DNA of 63,740 bases, the filler included, from Octopus bimaculoides (Eukaryota), in the NCBI RefSeq assembly GCF_001194135.2. It is 7 parts of 7 records of this genome, joined end to end, with 100 filler letters (N's around TTAATTAATTAA, not from the genome) between each part and the next. Parts side by side here need not be neighbours in the genome. Positions count along the whole stretch, not along the records: positions 25,385 to 36,952 come from NC_069005.1; positions 37,053 to 45,621 come from NC_068984.1; 5 more parts are not named here. The stretch is one strand, 5' to 3'. The notes beneath the pieces are model-generated. The model made no database searches and had not been told where the DNA came from. It saw nothing but the letters and a program-made list of their open reading frames with translations. The translations under genes and the position numbers were made by a program. This document shows, piece after piece, positions 25,395 through 38,608 of this stretch. Position 1 is the first letter of the stretch; every line of letters begins with the position of its first letter.

Positions 25395-25570
25395 GTTGAA
25401 ATTCATATAAAAACGAAAGAGGAAGACAGGTGTATGAACAACAAGCAAGTGTATTAGTTTAACGCTCGGGAAAAATGAAAAAGCTTGTTACGTTTCGTGT
25501 CTATGCTCTTCAAAAGAAAGGAATAGAAAAATTAAACAGAGAAAGAAAGAGAGTGAAAAAACTTGTAGAT
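25395..25570 (-). mobile_element. Penelope-like terminal fragment (relative of 42541-42750)
   Basis: Shares GACAGGTG..., GTATTAGT..ACGCTCGGGAA, and ACGTTTCG..CTA.GCTCTTCAA with the 42.6-kb copy. Confidence 0.55.
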
Positions 25571-25953
25571 TTCAATGGTCCATACACACACACATATACA
25601 TACATACATATGTATGCATATTCATACGTATTATGCATTTAATTATTTACACATATACATACATATATGTATTTATGCATATATCTATGTACATATACGT
25701 GTAAAGGCATACATACATACACATATCAATAATTGTATAATGATTTGTATATATTTGTTTGTTATGAAAGTATACGGTAATATATGCGTGCATATCGGTA
25801 TATATATGCATGTATATGTTTACACACACAAGCACATGCACACACACGCATGCACACACACATATGTATACATGCATGAATAAAAGTATACATGTGCGTG
25901 TACATATGTACACACATATATACATATGTGTGTGTATATGTGCGTGTATGTAC

Positions 25954-26041
<88 letters not shown>

Positions 26042-26279
26042 TACATACATACAAACATACATACATACATATATACACATGCATATATATGTATATATGT
26101 AGATAGGTGCGCGCGCGCGTGGGTGTTTGTGTGTGTAGGCTACTACAAGTCTCAGCCGCTTACCGGATTGTGATATGAAAATATAATAGCTCTGCTAGTT
26201 TCCTTTATAGCCTTAATCTTTCACTAAGATCTTTAGACATATAAGCCGGGTGTTTATTTCTGTGCAGAACTAAGGAAAA

Positions 26280-26560
26280 TGGCATGATTGTTGTTGTTGG
26301 AGGTGGTGGTGGCTGTGGTTCTGGCGGTGGTGACAATAACAGAGGTGGTGATGGTGGTGCTAACTGTTATGGTTTTTGTGCTGGTGGTGTAGCTGTCTGA
26401 GCGTTGATGGTGGTTGTTAGTGATGATGATGTTATGACCGTGATGATGTTGTTAGTGGTGGTGGTGTGGTTGCTGTCGTGGTGATGGCGTTGATGGTGGA
26501 TGATGATTGTGAATGGCAAAAGTGAGTGGTGGTTGTCGTTATGATAATGGTGGTGGTGCG
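26280..26560. repeat. Degenerate (GGT)n/(GAT)n trinucleotide tract
   Basis: Direct reading. Confidence 0.85.
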
Positions 26561-26764
26561 TTTCTTATGTAGCGATTCCGACATACTTCTGAAATACAGT
26601 GGTCGTTGATAGTGTGGTAGCACTGGTATCCAGCTGTAGGAGGGCTGAACACAATCAAAACGATCATTCACACACACACACATAGACAACACACACACAC
26701 ACACACACACTCACACTCACATTCATACACATGTTCAAGCACTGCCATAGACAGACAGACAGCC

Positions 26765-26854
<90 letters not shown>

Positions 26855-27131
26855 ACACGACGGGTTTCATGCAGTTTCCGTTTACCAGATTCACTTGTAA
26901 GATATCCGTCAACCCGGTCTACATTAGAAATCATTTGCATGAGGTGCCGCGCAGTGGGACTGAACTTGAAATACGTGGCTAAAAAGCGAGCATCTTAGCC
27001 ACAAAACATAGAGAGTTAGAAATGTATGCATGTTTATATATGTATATATATGCAACGGGTCTGTTCATATCTACATGTATCCGGGTGTCTATGTGTTTGG
27101 TGTGCAATATGTTCATATGCGTATAAACATG

Positions 27132-27177
<46 letters not shown>

Positions 27178-28167
27178 AATAAATCTATACTGTTTAAATA
27201 CATATATACACACACACACAAACAGACGTGTGTGTGTACATGTATTAAAGCAATAAAAATTAAAGTAACTACAAAAACAATGTGTCTGTAAATAGATAAA
27301 ATTAAATAACAGTATGCCCACGCGCAAATGTATGTGTGTGTGTGTATGTGAGAGAGAGAAGGAAATAATTTTCTTATGTTTCTGTCATTGTTCCTTTCCA
27401 TTTTTTTCTTTTTTTTTTTTGTCTTTGTTTCAGTTAATGTTTGATTCTTGGTGTTTTTTATTTGTTTACTTGATGTTTGTCGTTTCTGTCTGTGACAGAA
27501 AATATAGATATCTCACACACACATACACATACACATATCTATATATTAACATATATAATAAGATATATGTATGTAAATATATGTATACATNNNNNNNNNN
27601 NNNNNNNNNNNNNNNNNNNNNNNNNNNNNNNNNNNNNNNNNNNNNNNNNNNNNNNNNNNNNNNNNNNNNNNNNNNNNNNNNNNNNNNNNNNNNNNNNNNN
27701 NNNNNNNNNNNNNNNNNNNNNNNNNNNNNNNNNNNNNNNNNNNNNNNNNNNNNNNNNNNNNNNNNNNNNNNNNNNNNNNNNNNNNNNNNNNNNNNNNNNN
27801 NNNNNNNNNNNNNNNNNNNNNNNNNNNNNNNNNNNNNNNNNNNNNNNNNNNNNNNNNNNNNNNNNNNNNNNNNNNNNNNNNNNNNNNNNNNNNNNNNNNN
27901 NNNNNNNNNNNNNNNNNNNNNNNNNNNNNNNNNNNNNNNNNNNNNNNNNNNNNNNNNNNNNNNNNNNNNNNNNNNNNNNNNNNNNNNNNNNNNNNNNNNN
28001 NNNNNNNNNNNNNNNNNNNNNNNNNNNNNNNNNNNNNNNNNNNNNNNNNNNNNNNNNNNNNNNNNNNNNNNNNNNNNNNNNNNNNNNNNNNNNNNNNNNN
28101 NNNNNNNNNNNNNNNNNNNNNNNNNNNNNNNNNNNNNNNNNNNNNNNNNNNNNNNNNNNNNNNNNNN

Positions 28168-28208
<41 letters not shown>

Positions 28209-28324
28209 TTTATGAATATTTCTCACATGGTACTTCTAGAAATTACTTTAGCGAAGAAAGAGGTGATAGGATAAAAGAGATTGAACGAATGGGAAACAAA
28301 AGAATGATATGGTATTCTTTTATT

Positions 28325-28645
28325 CATTGACTTGTGTCAGTCCTATTGACTGCGACCATGCTGGAGCACCGCTCTGAATGGTTTTAGTCGAACAAATCGA
28401 CTCCAGGACTTATTTTCCAAGCCTAGTACTTATTCCATCGTTCTGTTTTGCTGAATCGCTAAGTTACGGGAGCGTAAACACACCATCACTTACTATCAAA
28501 CGGTGATAGGGGACAAACACACACACACACATATATATATACATATACATATATTCGACGGGCTTCTTTTAGTTTCCGTCCACCAAATCCATTCACAACG
28601 CCTTGGTTGGCCTGAGTCTATAGTTGAAGACAGTTGCCCAGGGTG
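28325..28645 (-). mobile_element. SINE family A (3' half + partial head)
   Basis: Reverse complement matches family A. Confidence 0.8.
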
Positions 28646-28669
28646 CCACGCAAGGGAAGAGATAATGGG

Positions 28670-28975
28670 TGAAAGACAGAGGAAAAGAAAGAAAGAAAGA
28701 AAGAAAGAAGGAAAGAAAGAAATAAAGAAAGGAAAAAATAAGAAGAAAGAAAGAAAAATAATAAGAAAGAAAGAAAAATAGAAAGAAAGGAAGAGAGAAA
28801 GAAAGAAAGAAAAAGAAAGAAGGAAATAAAGAAAGGACGGAGAGAAAAAAAAAACGAACAAAAAAGAGGAAGAACGAATGATAAAGGAAGAAACGAAGAT
28901 AGAAAGAAAGAAATGAGAAAAGTAGAAAATTAAGAATGGAATGAAGAAAATAGAAAAAGACAGACAAAAAACGTG
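28670..28975. repeat. Polypurine (AAAG)n-derived tract
   Basis: Almost exclusively A/G on the plus strand. Confidence 0.9.
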
Positions 28976-29095
28976 AGGGCAAAAAGATGCGTCGAGCATA
29001 ATCGGTCATCACTTTTGTCTCTTTCTCACTCATATTATAATTTGTTGTTTATTTTTAAAGTATTTCCTTTGAATATAAGCGATAACATTCTAATT

Positions 29096-29177
29096 GGCCA
29101 TATTGTAACCTAATACATTCAGCTGTGTTTACAAGGAGTCGGCCATATTGTACGCAAACGCATTCAGCTGTGTTTAC
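29096..29177 (+). repeat. 45-bp-period tandem duplication
   Basis: GGCCATATTGTA....A..CATTCAGCTGTGTTTAC at 29096 and 29141. Confidence 0.85.
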
Positions 29178-29704
29178 TAGTAAAAATACATTGCTCCACT
29201 TTATTCTGGTTTTGTTTTTAAGAAGATCTTAGTTTTCATATATATATATTTATATATTAATGTATGTTTATGCGCGCACACACACACACATATATGTATG
29301 TATTTAATTTATATATATATATATATATAGATGTATAGAAACTTCTTTTAACTTTAATATTTTCCTTGTTGAAACACAAAAAAGACAAAAGGCTATCATC
29401 AGAATTGCCGCTATGATGAGGCATCGATTTGAATGTTTTAACCGACCAAATCGACTGCATTATTTATTTTCTAAGTTTCGTACTTATTCTTTTACTGAGC
29501 TGCTTAGTTAATGGGGCGTAAATAAATCAACACCGGATACGAAGTTATGGAGAGACAATCACAGACACAATGACGCATAGGGACACACACAGATGTATAT
29601 ATATACATATATATAAGATGATGTTTTCGAATTCAGAATTGCCGTTCGAACAGCAGAAAAACTGGGTGAATTACTCTTTTAAAGCGGAAAGATTTGTCAA
29701 CAAC

Positions 29705-29771
29705 CAGCCATAAGACTCAAACCACCATCCCCCAAGACTCCGGCTGAGTGCTTTACCATTAAGCTAAACTG
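29705..29771 (-). pseudogene. Decayed tRNA-like cloverleaf, probably a SINE head
   Basis: Minus strand CAGTTTAGCTTAATGGTAAAGCACTCAG...GGTGGTTTGAGTC..ATGGCTG. The D arm GCTT/AAGC is intact; anticodon and T arms are mismatched. Confidence 0.45.
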
Positions 29772-30092
29772 CCGAGTGACAAATTCATCCGCAAATTTAG
29801 ACGCTATAAAGGTAAATGTACAGCTACGTGTCTATAAATATAAACAAACTATCATTTGTTTTTTATAAGCGTCGAAATGTTTATTGTATGATACAAATAA
29901 GATGATATTTTTCGAACGCAGAATTGCCGTTAGGACAGCTAAATACATACATACATACATACATAATCAAGTACCTGGACTCCTTGAGAACTACGTTGTG
30001 TGGAATAAATTGTAGGGATTAAAAAATAAATACACAGCCGTACCCCTTCTTGTTGACTCCATTTTTTCAATTATATATATATATATATAAAA

Positions 30093-30156
<64 letters not shown>

Positions 30157-30527
30157 GTCTGTATGTATATATTATTGAAGCCAAGAAGATACTGTTACTG
30201 AGTTTCACGTAATCGATCATCTGTCCTCAAGACCTATCACTATCCGATACTCGGTTGCGTGAAACTTTGAGCAACAGTTTGTGGAATATTTTCAGCTTCA
30301 GTAAAATATTATTTTAATCGTCTTTTCGTGTTCGTTTACTATTCTCTTCACTTCGTTTTGCTCTTATGCGCTCAAATGTACACACACACACAAACAAACA
30401 AACACACACGTATGCACGTATATATTTATTTATGTATAATATAAATGCATGCACACACAAACACACGCACACACACACATATATGTATGTGTGTGCATGC
30501 ATTTATATTATACATAAATAAATAAAT

Positions 30528-30561
<34 letters not shown>

Positions 30562-30657
30562 NNNNNNNNNNNNNNNNNNNNNNNNNNNNNNNNNNNNNNN
30601 NNNNNNNNNNNNNNNNNNNNNNNNNNNNNNNNNNNNNNNNNNNNNNNNNNNNNNNNN

Positions 30658-30708
<51 letters not shown>

Positions 30709-32930
30709 CTGTCTTTAACCAGCTGGAGAAGGTGTCCTCCTGGAGTTAAAAAGAGTAGTAACATTGTTCTGTACGGAACAACCACGTTGAGGTGGTAAAA
30801 GCCATTACTTCTTATATATATAAATATATGTATTTATATATCTGTCTCTATATACCCCGGCGAACACATACATTTAAATTCACGAACTCATAAGTATGCG
30901 CTGTTGTTGTTGTTGTTGCTGGAAGTGTTAAATTGTAAAAACGAAATGGCTGTCAGGCTAAAAGACTCAAAGTATATGCACTTGAGTCACAACACTTATC
31001 TCATTGATTCCTTAAATACTGTTTTCAAATTTAGGTGCGGGGTCAGAAATTTCGGGATAGGGGTTAAGTTGATTATATCGAAATCGAAAGGATGAAATGA
31101 GAGTCTACCTTGGTGGAATTGGAATTCAGCTGGTAAAGACGGACAAAATACTGCTGCAAAGCATTTAGCCAGCTAAAGATTCTACCTTACTGATTCCTGA
31201 AATATTTCGAACTCTTTCTTTCTACACTGAAAATCTTAAAAGAACTGAAATTAAGGCAAGAAATTTTTAAAATATGTTTAGTCACTTTGGTAATGAGCCC
31301 TTGTTATGTCTTCAATCGGGCTGTCATCGACAGAAATTTGCTACTCTGTCCCCTTTCTACTATTACTTCATTAGCCATCATCCAGGTACTCTCTCTGTCT
31401 TCAGGGATAGGTTTACCAGGCGTTTCTAGTTCTCTGTGTGTTGTGCTCCATGCCTACAATCAGCCAGCTTCTCCTTTCCATTCCGTTCTTCGATGCCGTC
31501 AGTCTACGGCCACTGTTTCGTATGAAAGGCATTCAAAAGATTTTTATTCTTTGGTCCTGACACTCGGGGAATTTCGCATCAGAAGTCGGATTTCCAACTT
31601 TTTCATTCCCTTTCGAAATTATCCCTAATTTTTGTGGTATGTAGTCTTTTGCTGCTATTTCTAGCGGGTTAGATGTCCTATTATAGGCATCTCTGCATTT
31701 TAAATATATATATATATATACCTATATACATGTCTGTACATTTTTATTCTTATATACTGCGCACACACAAATACACACACGCACTCACACACACACATAT
31801 ATATATGTGTGTATATGTCTATGTATATATCTTGTCTTTTGTTTTTAATTATTTAAAGTCTTCCTCTGAGGAAGGAGCTGATTTACGTATGTCTGTATGT
31901 GTGTATGTATGTATGTATGTATGTATGTACGTATATATATGTATGAATGTATTTATGTATGTATGCATGCATGTATGTATGTATTTATGTATTTATGTTT
32001 GTATTTTTGTGTGCGTGTGTTTGTGTATGTATGTATGTAGAAAATGGCTACAAATATAGACACTATGTAATTTAATGGTTATTAAATGGTTGAGAGAATA
32101 ACTTAGTTGTTTTTTTGATTCGAAGAAAAGTTCAGTTCCAGCGAAATTAGAATATTTGAAAAAGAAAAATATGTAATCAACTTGAAGTAGTCTCATATAC
32201 TAATGAATGACAAAGGTGTTGGTTTGATGTTGTAGGGGTGGTAGCTTAAGTAATAAGAAGGAATATGTAAATATATTAATGACATAAAAGATAAATGTGT
32301 TTGATAGTTTGTAGGTATCTAAGAATGAATATTAAACAAATCAACATATTTACACCTTGTCATCTTTCTCTCATCTCTGTTATAACGTTCTTGCTCTCCC
32401 ACTATCTCCATACTGTTAGTTATGTTTTTTCTTTCCTGGGAAATCATTCATGCATAGTAAAAAAAGCGACTGCTAGACGAAGGGTTTGGGAAAAGCTTGG
32501 TGGGGTGTGACAGCAATGCCACAAAACTTTATAAATACATGCATATTTAAGACAGCAAATAAGCGATGGTAATAAAAATAGATAAAAGATTTTAATGAAA
32601 TAGGAGGAAACGGTAATAAAAGAATTGATAAAAGAACTCATGGTAATAAAATACTAGAAGTGAGACGACTATAAAGGAACTAATAAAAAGAAATAAAATT
32701 AGACGGGAATCTAAAAGAACTGATAAAAAAAATATCATAATGAAGGAAAGCATCAAAATTTGGTAAGGTACTTGTTAACATTGAATTTAAAGAAATCAAA
32801 GCTATATTCTACAGGAAAACAATGGGAAACGAATTTATTCCAATTTCAATTCCAACAACAACAGCATTAATAATAACAACAACAACAACAATAATAATAA
32901 TAATAATGATGATGATGATGATGATAAATA

Positions 32931-33394
32931 CCCTGATGCAATATCAGGCAGTGGTTCTCATGGCTTCTGAACTTATCTGATTGGAAGTGTTATCATGTTA
33001 ATATTTCGTCTTGGTGTAAAAGATGGGCTACGACAGATATTCTGTTGAATACCACAGATTTGCTTGTCAGTTACTTGACCTTAAAATAGAGGTAACTCGA
33101 ATGTGGAATCTGAAAACAGAAACAATTCCTATCATAGTAGGCGCCTTAGGTATAATAAAAAAATATTCAGACAAGTACATAACAAAGACACCAGGACTTA
33201 CAAATATATATAACATACTGAAAATTGAACTACTGGGCACTGCACACATCCTACGCAAAACACTTTCAATACAGTAACCATAAGCGCATCACAGCAAACC
33301 ACAGCACATACCCAAGGCACACAGAGCTGCGCTCGGTAGTGAAGTGAAAGCACGTTATAAAAATAAAACTACGGAATAATAATAATAATAATAA
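32931..33394 (+). mobile_element. R4/Dong-type retroposon in an (AAT)n/(GAT)n tract: about 145-bp non-coding 5' block + RLE C-terminus + 3' UTR + (AAT)n tail
   Basis: DLKIEVTRMWNLKTETIPIIVGALGIIKK...GTAHILRKTLSIQ* (33077-33277), then about 100 bp of UTR and (AAT)n from 33375. Confidence 0.85.
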
Positions 33395-35245
33395 NNNNNN
33401 NNNNNNNNNNNNNNNNNNNNNNNNNNNNNNNNNNNNNNNNNNNNNNNNNNNNNNNNNNNNNNNNNNNNNNNNNNNNNNNNNNNNNNNNNNNNNNNNNNNN
33501 NNNNNNNNNNNNNNNNNNNNNNNNNNNNNNNNNNNNNNNNNNNNNNNNNNNNNNNNNNNNNNNNNNNNNNNNNNNNNNNNNNNNNNNNNNNNNNNNNNNN
33601 NNNNNNNNNNNNNNNNNNNNNNNNNNNNNNNNNNNNNNNNNNNNNNNNNNNNNNNNNNNNNNNNNNNNNNNNNNNNNNNNNNNNNNNNNNNNNNNNNNNN
33701 NNNNNNNNNNNNNNNNNNNNNNNNNNNNNNNNNNNNNNNNNNNNNNNNNNNNNNNNNNNNNNNNNNNNNNNNNNNNNNNNNNNNNNNNNNNNNNNNNNNN
33801 NNNNNNNNNNNNNNNNNNNNNNNNNNNNNNNNNNNNNNNNNNNNNNNNNNNNNNNNNNNNNNNNNNNNNNNNNNNNNNNNNNNNNNNNNNNNNNNNNNNN
33901 NNNNNNNNNNNNNNNNNNNNNNNNNNNNNNNNNNNNNNNNNNNNNNNNNNNNNNNNNNNNNNNNNNNNNNNNNNNNNNNNNNNNNNNNNNNNNNNNNNNN
34001 NNNNNNNNNNNNNNNNNNNNNNNNNNNNNNNNNNNNNNNNNNNNNNNNNNNNNNNNNNNNNNNNNNNNNNNNNNNNNNNNNNNNNNNNNNNNNNNNNNNN
34101 NNNNNNNNNNNNNNNNNNNNNNNNNNNNNNNNNNNNNNNNNNNNNNNNNNNNNNNNNNNNNNNNNNNNNNNNNNNNNNNNNNNNNNNNNNNNNNNNTAAA
34201 AATGAAAAATATTTTCTAAGCAATGTCCGAGTCTCTATTTGCTGTCCGGCAATGTTTATTCAGACGCATTTTGTGATGTCGGGCGCGAAAATACCTTAAG
34301 CTAAACCTGAAAGCAATGAAGTCATAAAAGAATCATCCATAACTTGCAGCAAGCAACATTTATTAAAATAAAAGTATTCAGAACACAGAATAACATGTAA
34401 CAAAAACAATTTGCAAACATATTTACATTCCCATATAACAGTTAAGAACAGCACCATTATTGTATTACGCATGTGCGGAAGTGTTTGTTTACGGAGGAAT
34501 AAATGGAACAGTTATTTGATGCTGAAAGTGACGTTGAAGGATTTGGATAAATGTTTTTGCTTTTGCTTTTGTAACTGATAGTGATAAATATGTAAAGGCA
34601 ATTTACTTAATATTTATTTTTCACTGACGTTATTACTGTTATTTCTTTATTTTCTGCAAAGTGCACAAAAAAGCTACACGTTTGCCTGATGTTATATATG
34701 CAATAATTATAAAGGACGTTACCATATATATGTTTACAAACCAAGGACGTTATATAGACCTCCTTGACTCAAGTTAATGAAGGGGTGCGTATTATACACA
34801 AGGTTTAGGTTTTTCAGAGGTACAGCCCCCTAAAAATCCCCTGCGTACTATACTCAAGGGNNNNNNNNNNNNNNNNNNNNNNNNNNNNNNNNNNNNNNNN
34901 NNNNNNNNNNNNNNNNNNNNNNNNNNNNNNNNNNNNNNNNNNNNNNNNNNNNNNNNNNNNNNNNNNNNNNNNNNNNNNNNNNNNNNNNNNNNNNNNNNNN
35001 NNNNNNNNNNNNNNNNNNNNNNNNNNNNNNNNNNNNNNNNNNNNNNNNNNNNNNNNNNNNNNNNNNNNNNNNNNNNNNNNNNNNNNNNNNNNNNNNNNNN
35101 NNNNNNNNNNNNNNNNNNAGTTTGACCAAAAGGACCGGCTATAGCAAGTAAGTATAAATATTGAAAAAAAAACGTAAGTTGGACATACGGCAGTTTAATA
35201 TAATTGCAACGATATATACATAGGCGCGCGCGCCCGCACGCGCAC

Positions 35246-35305
<60 letters not shown>

Positions 35306-35309
35306 GCGG

Positions 35310-35670
35310 AAGATATTGTGTGGAAAGAATGCGAGAAATATAATGATTTACGTGTTTAAGTATTTTGAAGATCTCATACCAAATTTTGGGATTGAGAACT
35401 CTACCAATCATAACAAATCGCCATCGCATACTCCCAAAGAGCCCACCTTCACCCATAGGTATCTTGGACCCTGTACTGCAACGCACAAGGGTTCAAACTC
35501 CTCAAGCTTTCCAGTATCGTGACAAATAAATCGAAATATTTACATGGAATATATTCGGATGTTTTCATAAAGCCCCAAATATTCGGCTACCTTCGGTTCC
35601 AGACGAACCAACGTCATCGCAAGAAACAGAAATGGGTGCAGTTGTAGTAAACTTCTTCATACACACGAGG
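35310..35670 (+). mobile_element. Decayed CR1/Jockey-group LINE, RT C-terminal fragment
   Basis: Broken frames read IYVFKYFEDLIPNFGIE, LYCNAQGFK..LHGIYSDVF and SVPDEPTSSQE. The same motifs (NFGIE, LNGVHEDVFKKQLD) occur at 53400-53690. Confidence 0.65.
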
Positions 35671-35850
35671 GGTAAGTACCGTAGAAACAGTACAAATTGC
35701 ATAGGAAGTGCCCTAACATGGCCGCAGCCCACAAGTTGAAACTAAAAATATGGTTGTTTAATTTCATTTCTCGAATTCTTTATACGTTGTTTTTTCCATC
35801 TCTGTCCGTGTATGTATGCATGTATCTATCTATCTATGTGTCTATCTGTC

Positions 35851-35899
<49 letters not shown>

Positions 35900-36894
35900 T
35901 TCTCTCTCTATCTCTATCTATCTATCTGTGTGTCTGTCTGCCTCTTTGTCTGTCTATCCATCAATTCTTATCTCTCACTCCCTCTCTCTCTATCTCTATT
36001 TATCGATCTCTCTATCGATTCAACACTTTACACCTCCACACCTCTCTTCCTTCACTCTATTTCCTTTCCAATTTTTCTCATTTTCTCTCTTAAAATGTTA
36101 ATAAAACTGAAGATTGACTAGAGGCACGAAATTAAGTATTCAAAATCTAAAATTATGACTAGCTGTGAAACAATCTATTAAAGAAAATGCAGTTGTGAAA
36201 GGAACGATGTTATTAATAGAATGCACATTCGATACAGCTTTCGACCAAAGCAGCGAGCAGTAGATCTAGTTGGCTTATATGAAGATGTGTGAGGGTAAGA
36301 ATGAGAAAGAGAGAGATAGAGAGAGAAAGAGCGAGAGAGAGAGAAAAAGCGAGAGAGAGAGAAAGAGCGAGAGAGAGAGGAGGGAGCATCTGTGTGCGTG
36401 TGTGTCGGCCCATGGCTATAGTAGAAGACACTTGCCCAAAGTGTCACGCATTGAGACTGAACCTCACACAGACAGGCCCACACCCATATTTATGTATATC
36501 ATTCATTGTGTGTATACAGATATAAAAACGGTGCTCCCGAAGATAACGTGTTGTGGTATTTGTCCTGTCGGAAATACAGAGAAAATCCCCTGTTGCTCTC
36601 AGAGAAAATCTCCTGTCGTTAGAAGCCTGATACCAATGATGTTATTCACAAAATAAATTGTTTTATAATTTTTTTCTTTCCTCCTGTCTTTTATAGAGAT
36701 CGATCATTGGATTGCAGTCATGCTGGAACTCTGTCATCAACGGTTTTGATCGACTATATAGACCCTTGCATTAATTACTGTCTGGGACTTCTGTCGATCT
36801 CTATCGAAGGGTTAGCTCATCTTTATCTACATAGCATCGGTTTTTGAATCGGTAAGCATAGGCACAGAAATAAACACGCACAGACACCCAACCA

Positions 36895-36952
<58 letters not shown>

Positions 36953-37061
36953 NNNNNNNNNNNNNNNNNNNNNNNNNNNNNNNNNNNNNNNNNNNNTTAA
37001 TTAATTAANNNNNNNNNNNNNNNNNNNNNNNNNNNNNNNNNNNNNNNNNNNNTTTGCTATC

Positions 37062-37130
<69 letters not shown>

Positions 37131-37131
<1 letters not shown>

Positions 37132-37410
37132 AGGGACCTTTTGAGCGGGATGGGCTACTCGACCTGAAGAAAATTCTAACTGGGCCCCACTTGCGAGGTC
37201 ATGCACCTTTTATCTTGATATGAGATCACCATGTCGCACACATATGGTGGTGATGCATGTGCCTGGTGTACCCTTATCAGACGGGTAGTCATGATGGGTA
37301 TATTGGGCTTCGTATATTTTACCCCAGTGTCACTTTGANNNNNNNNNNTTGGGCTTCGTATATTTTACCCCAGTGTCACTTTGATGGCATGCACTGCTCT
37401 CTCACACACA
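37131..37410 (+). mobile_element. Short non-coding retroposon flanked on both sides by (AAT)n
   Basis: Complex 280-bp sequence between long (AAT)n tracts; includes a 36-bp overlap duplicated across a 10-N gap. Confidence 0.6.
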
Positions 37411-38558
37411 ATAATAATAATAATAGTAATAATAATAATAATAATAACAATAATAAATAATTATAATAATAATAATTATTATAATCCTTTCTACTAAAGG
37501 CACAAGGCAGGAAATTTGGAAGGAGAGGGACTAGTCGATTACATCATCTGGCATCGCTTGGACAGTTTGACAGGAGCTGGCAAGACGAGAGACTGCACCA
37601 GGCTCCATTGTGTCTTCTAACTTGGTTTCTATGGCTACATGCCTTTCCTAATGCCAACCACTTTACTGAATGTACTGAGTGCTTTTTATGTGGCACCATC
37701 ACCATGTGAGCATGGAAAAGTGGATGTTAAAATGATGATGATGATGATGATGACGAGGACGACGACAATAAGGCTTCTTTCAATTTGCTAAATCCACTCA
37801 CAAGGATTTGTGGCCAGCCTGGGTCTATATAGCTGAAGATACTTACTTGCTCAAGGTGCCACACAAAGGGATTGAACCTGAAACCATGCAATGGAGAAGC
37901 AAACTTCTTAACCATGTGGCTATATATGAATGTAGTGGGTATTTAGTCAGGTAATTAACTGTTTCTACTCCTCCAGGATTAATGGTTCCTGGTTTAAGCA
38001 CAAGGCCAGTAATTTTGATAGGCAGAGGAGGTTAGCCAATACCACCAAATGCTGCTGTATTTTATTGACCTCAGGGGGATGAAGGGCAAAGTTGATTTTG
38101 GTACGGTTTGAACTCAGGACCTAAAGATCCACAGGAAAGATGGTGATTGTGTTTAACTATTCAGCCAGTGAGAAGAGAGGGTTACAGTTTTGGGGAGAGA
38201 GGAGGGGTAAGAGGACCCAGTGTTTTGTATGTAATTTCAAAGAGGGACATTAGTGGGGAGGAGGATATAGAAGTTGAGGTTAAGACACAGTCGGGTGCAT
38301 TGAGTTCAGGCAGTATACGGTATAGAGATGACGTGTCCAAGCCTTTACGTGGTCGATCGACATGCTAGAAATAATAGCCAAATCTGCTTCACGCACGTTC
38401 GAAGACAGTTTGAATAACACAATCCCTGAAAAAATTCCATGGATGGAATGTTTTGTTTGTTTTTTTGTTTGTTTTTTTATCATAGAATCTGCTCGGCCAG
38501 AGCTGACTGTAGGCTGAACAACGACTGGCAGTTATAGTAGCCAGATAGACAGACAGAC

Positions 38559-38608
<50 letters not shown>

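Noticed and set aside
37304-37384. 36-bp direct duplication around a 10-N gap
   Set aside because: Typical contig-end overlap artefact.
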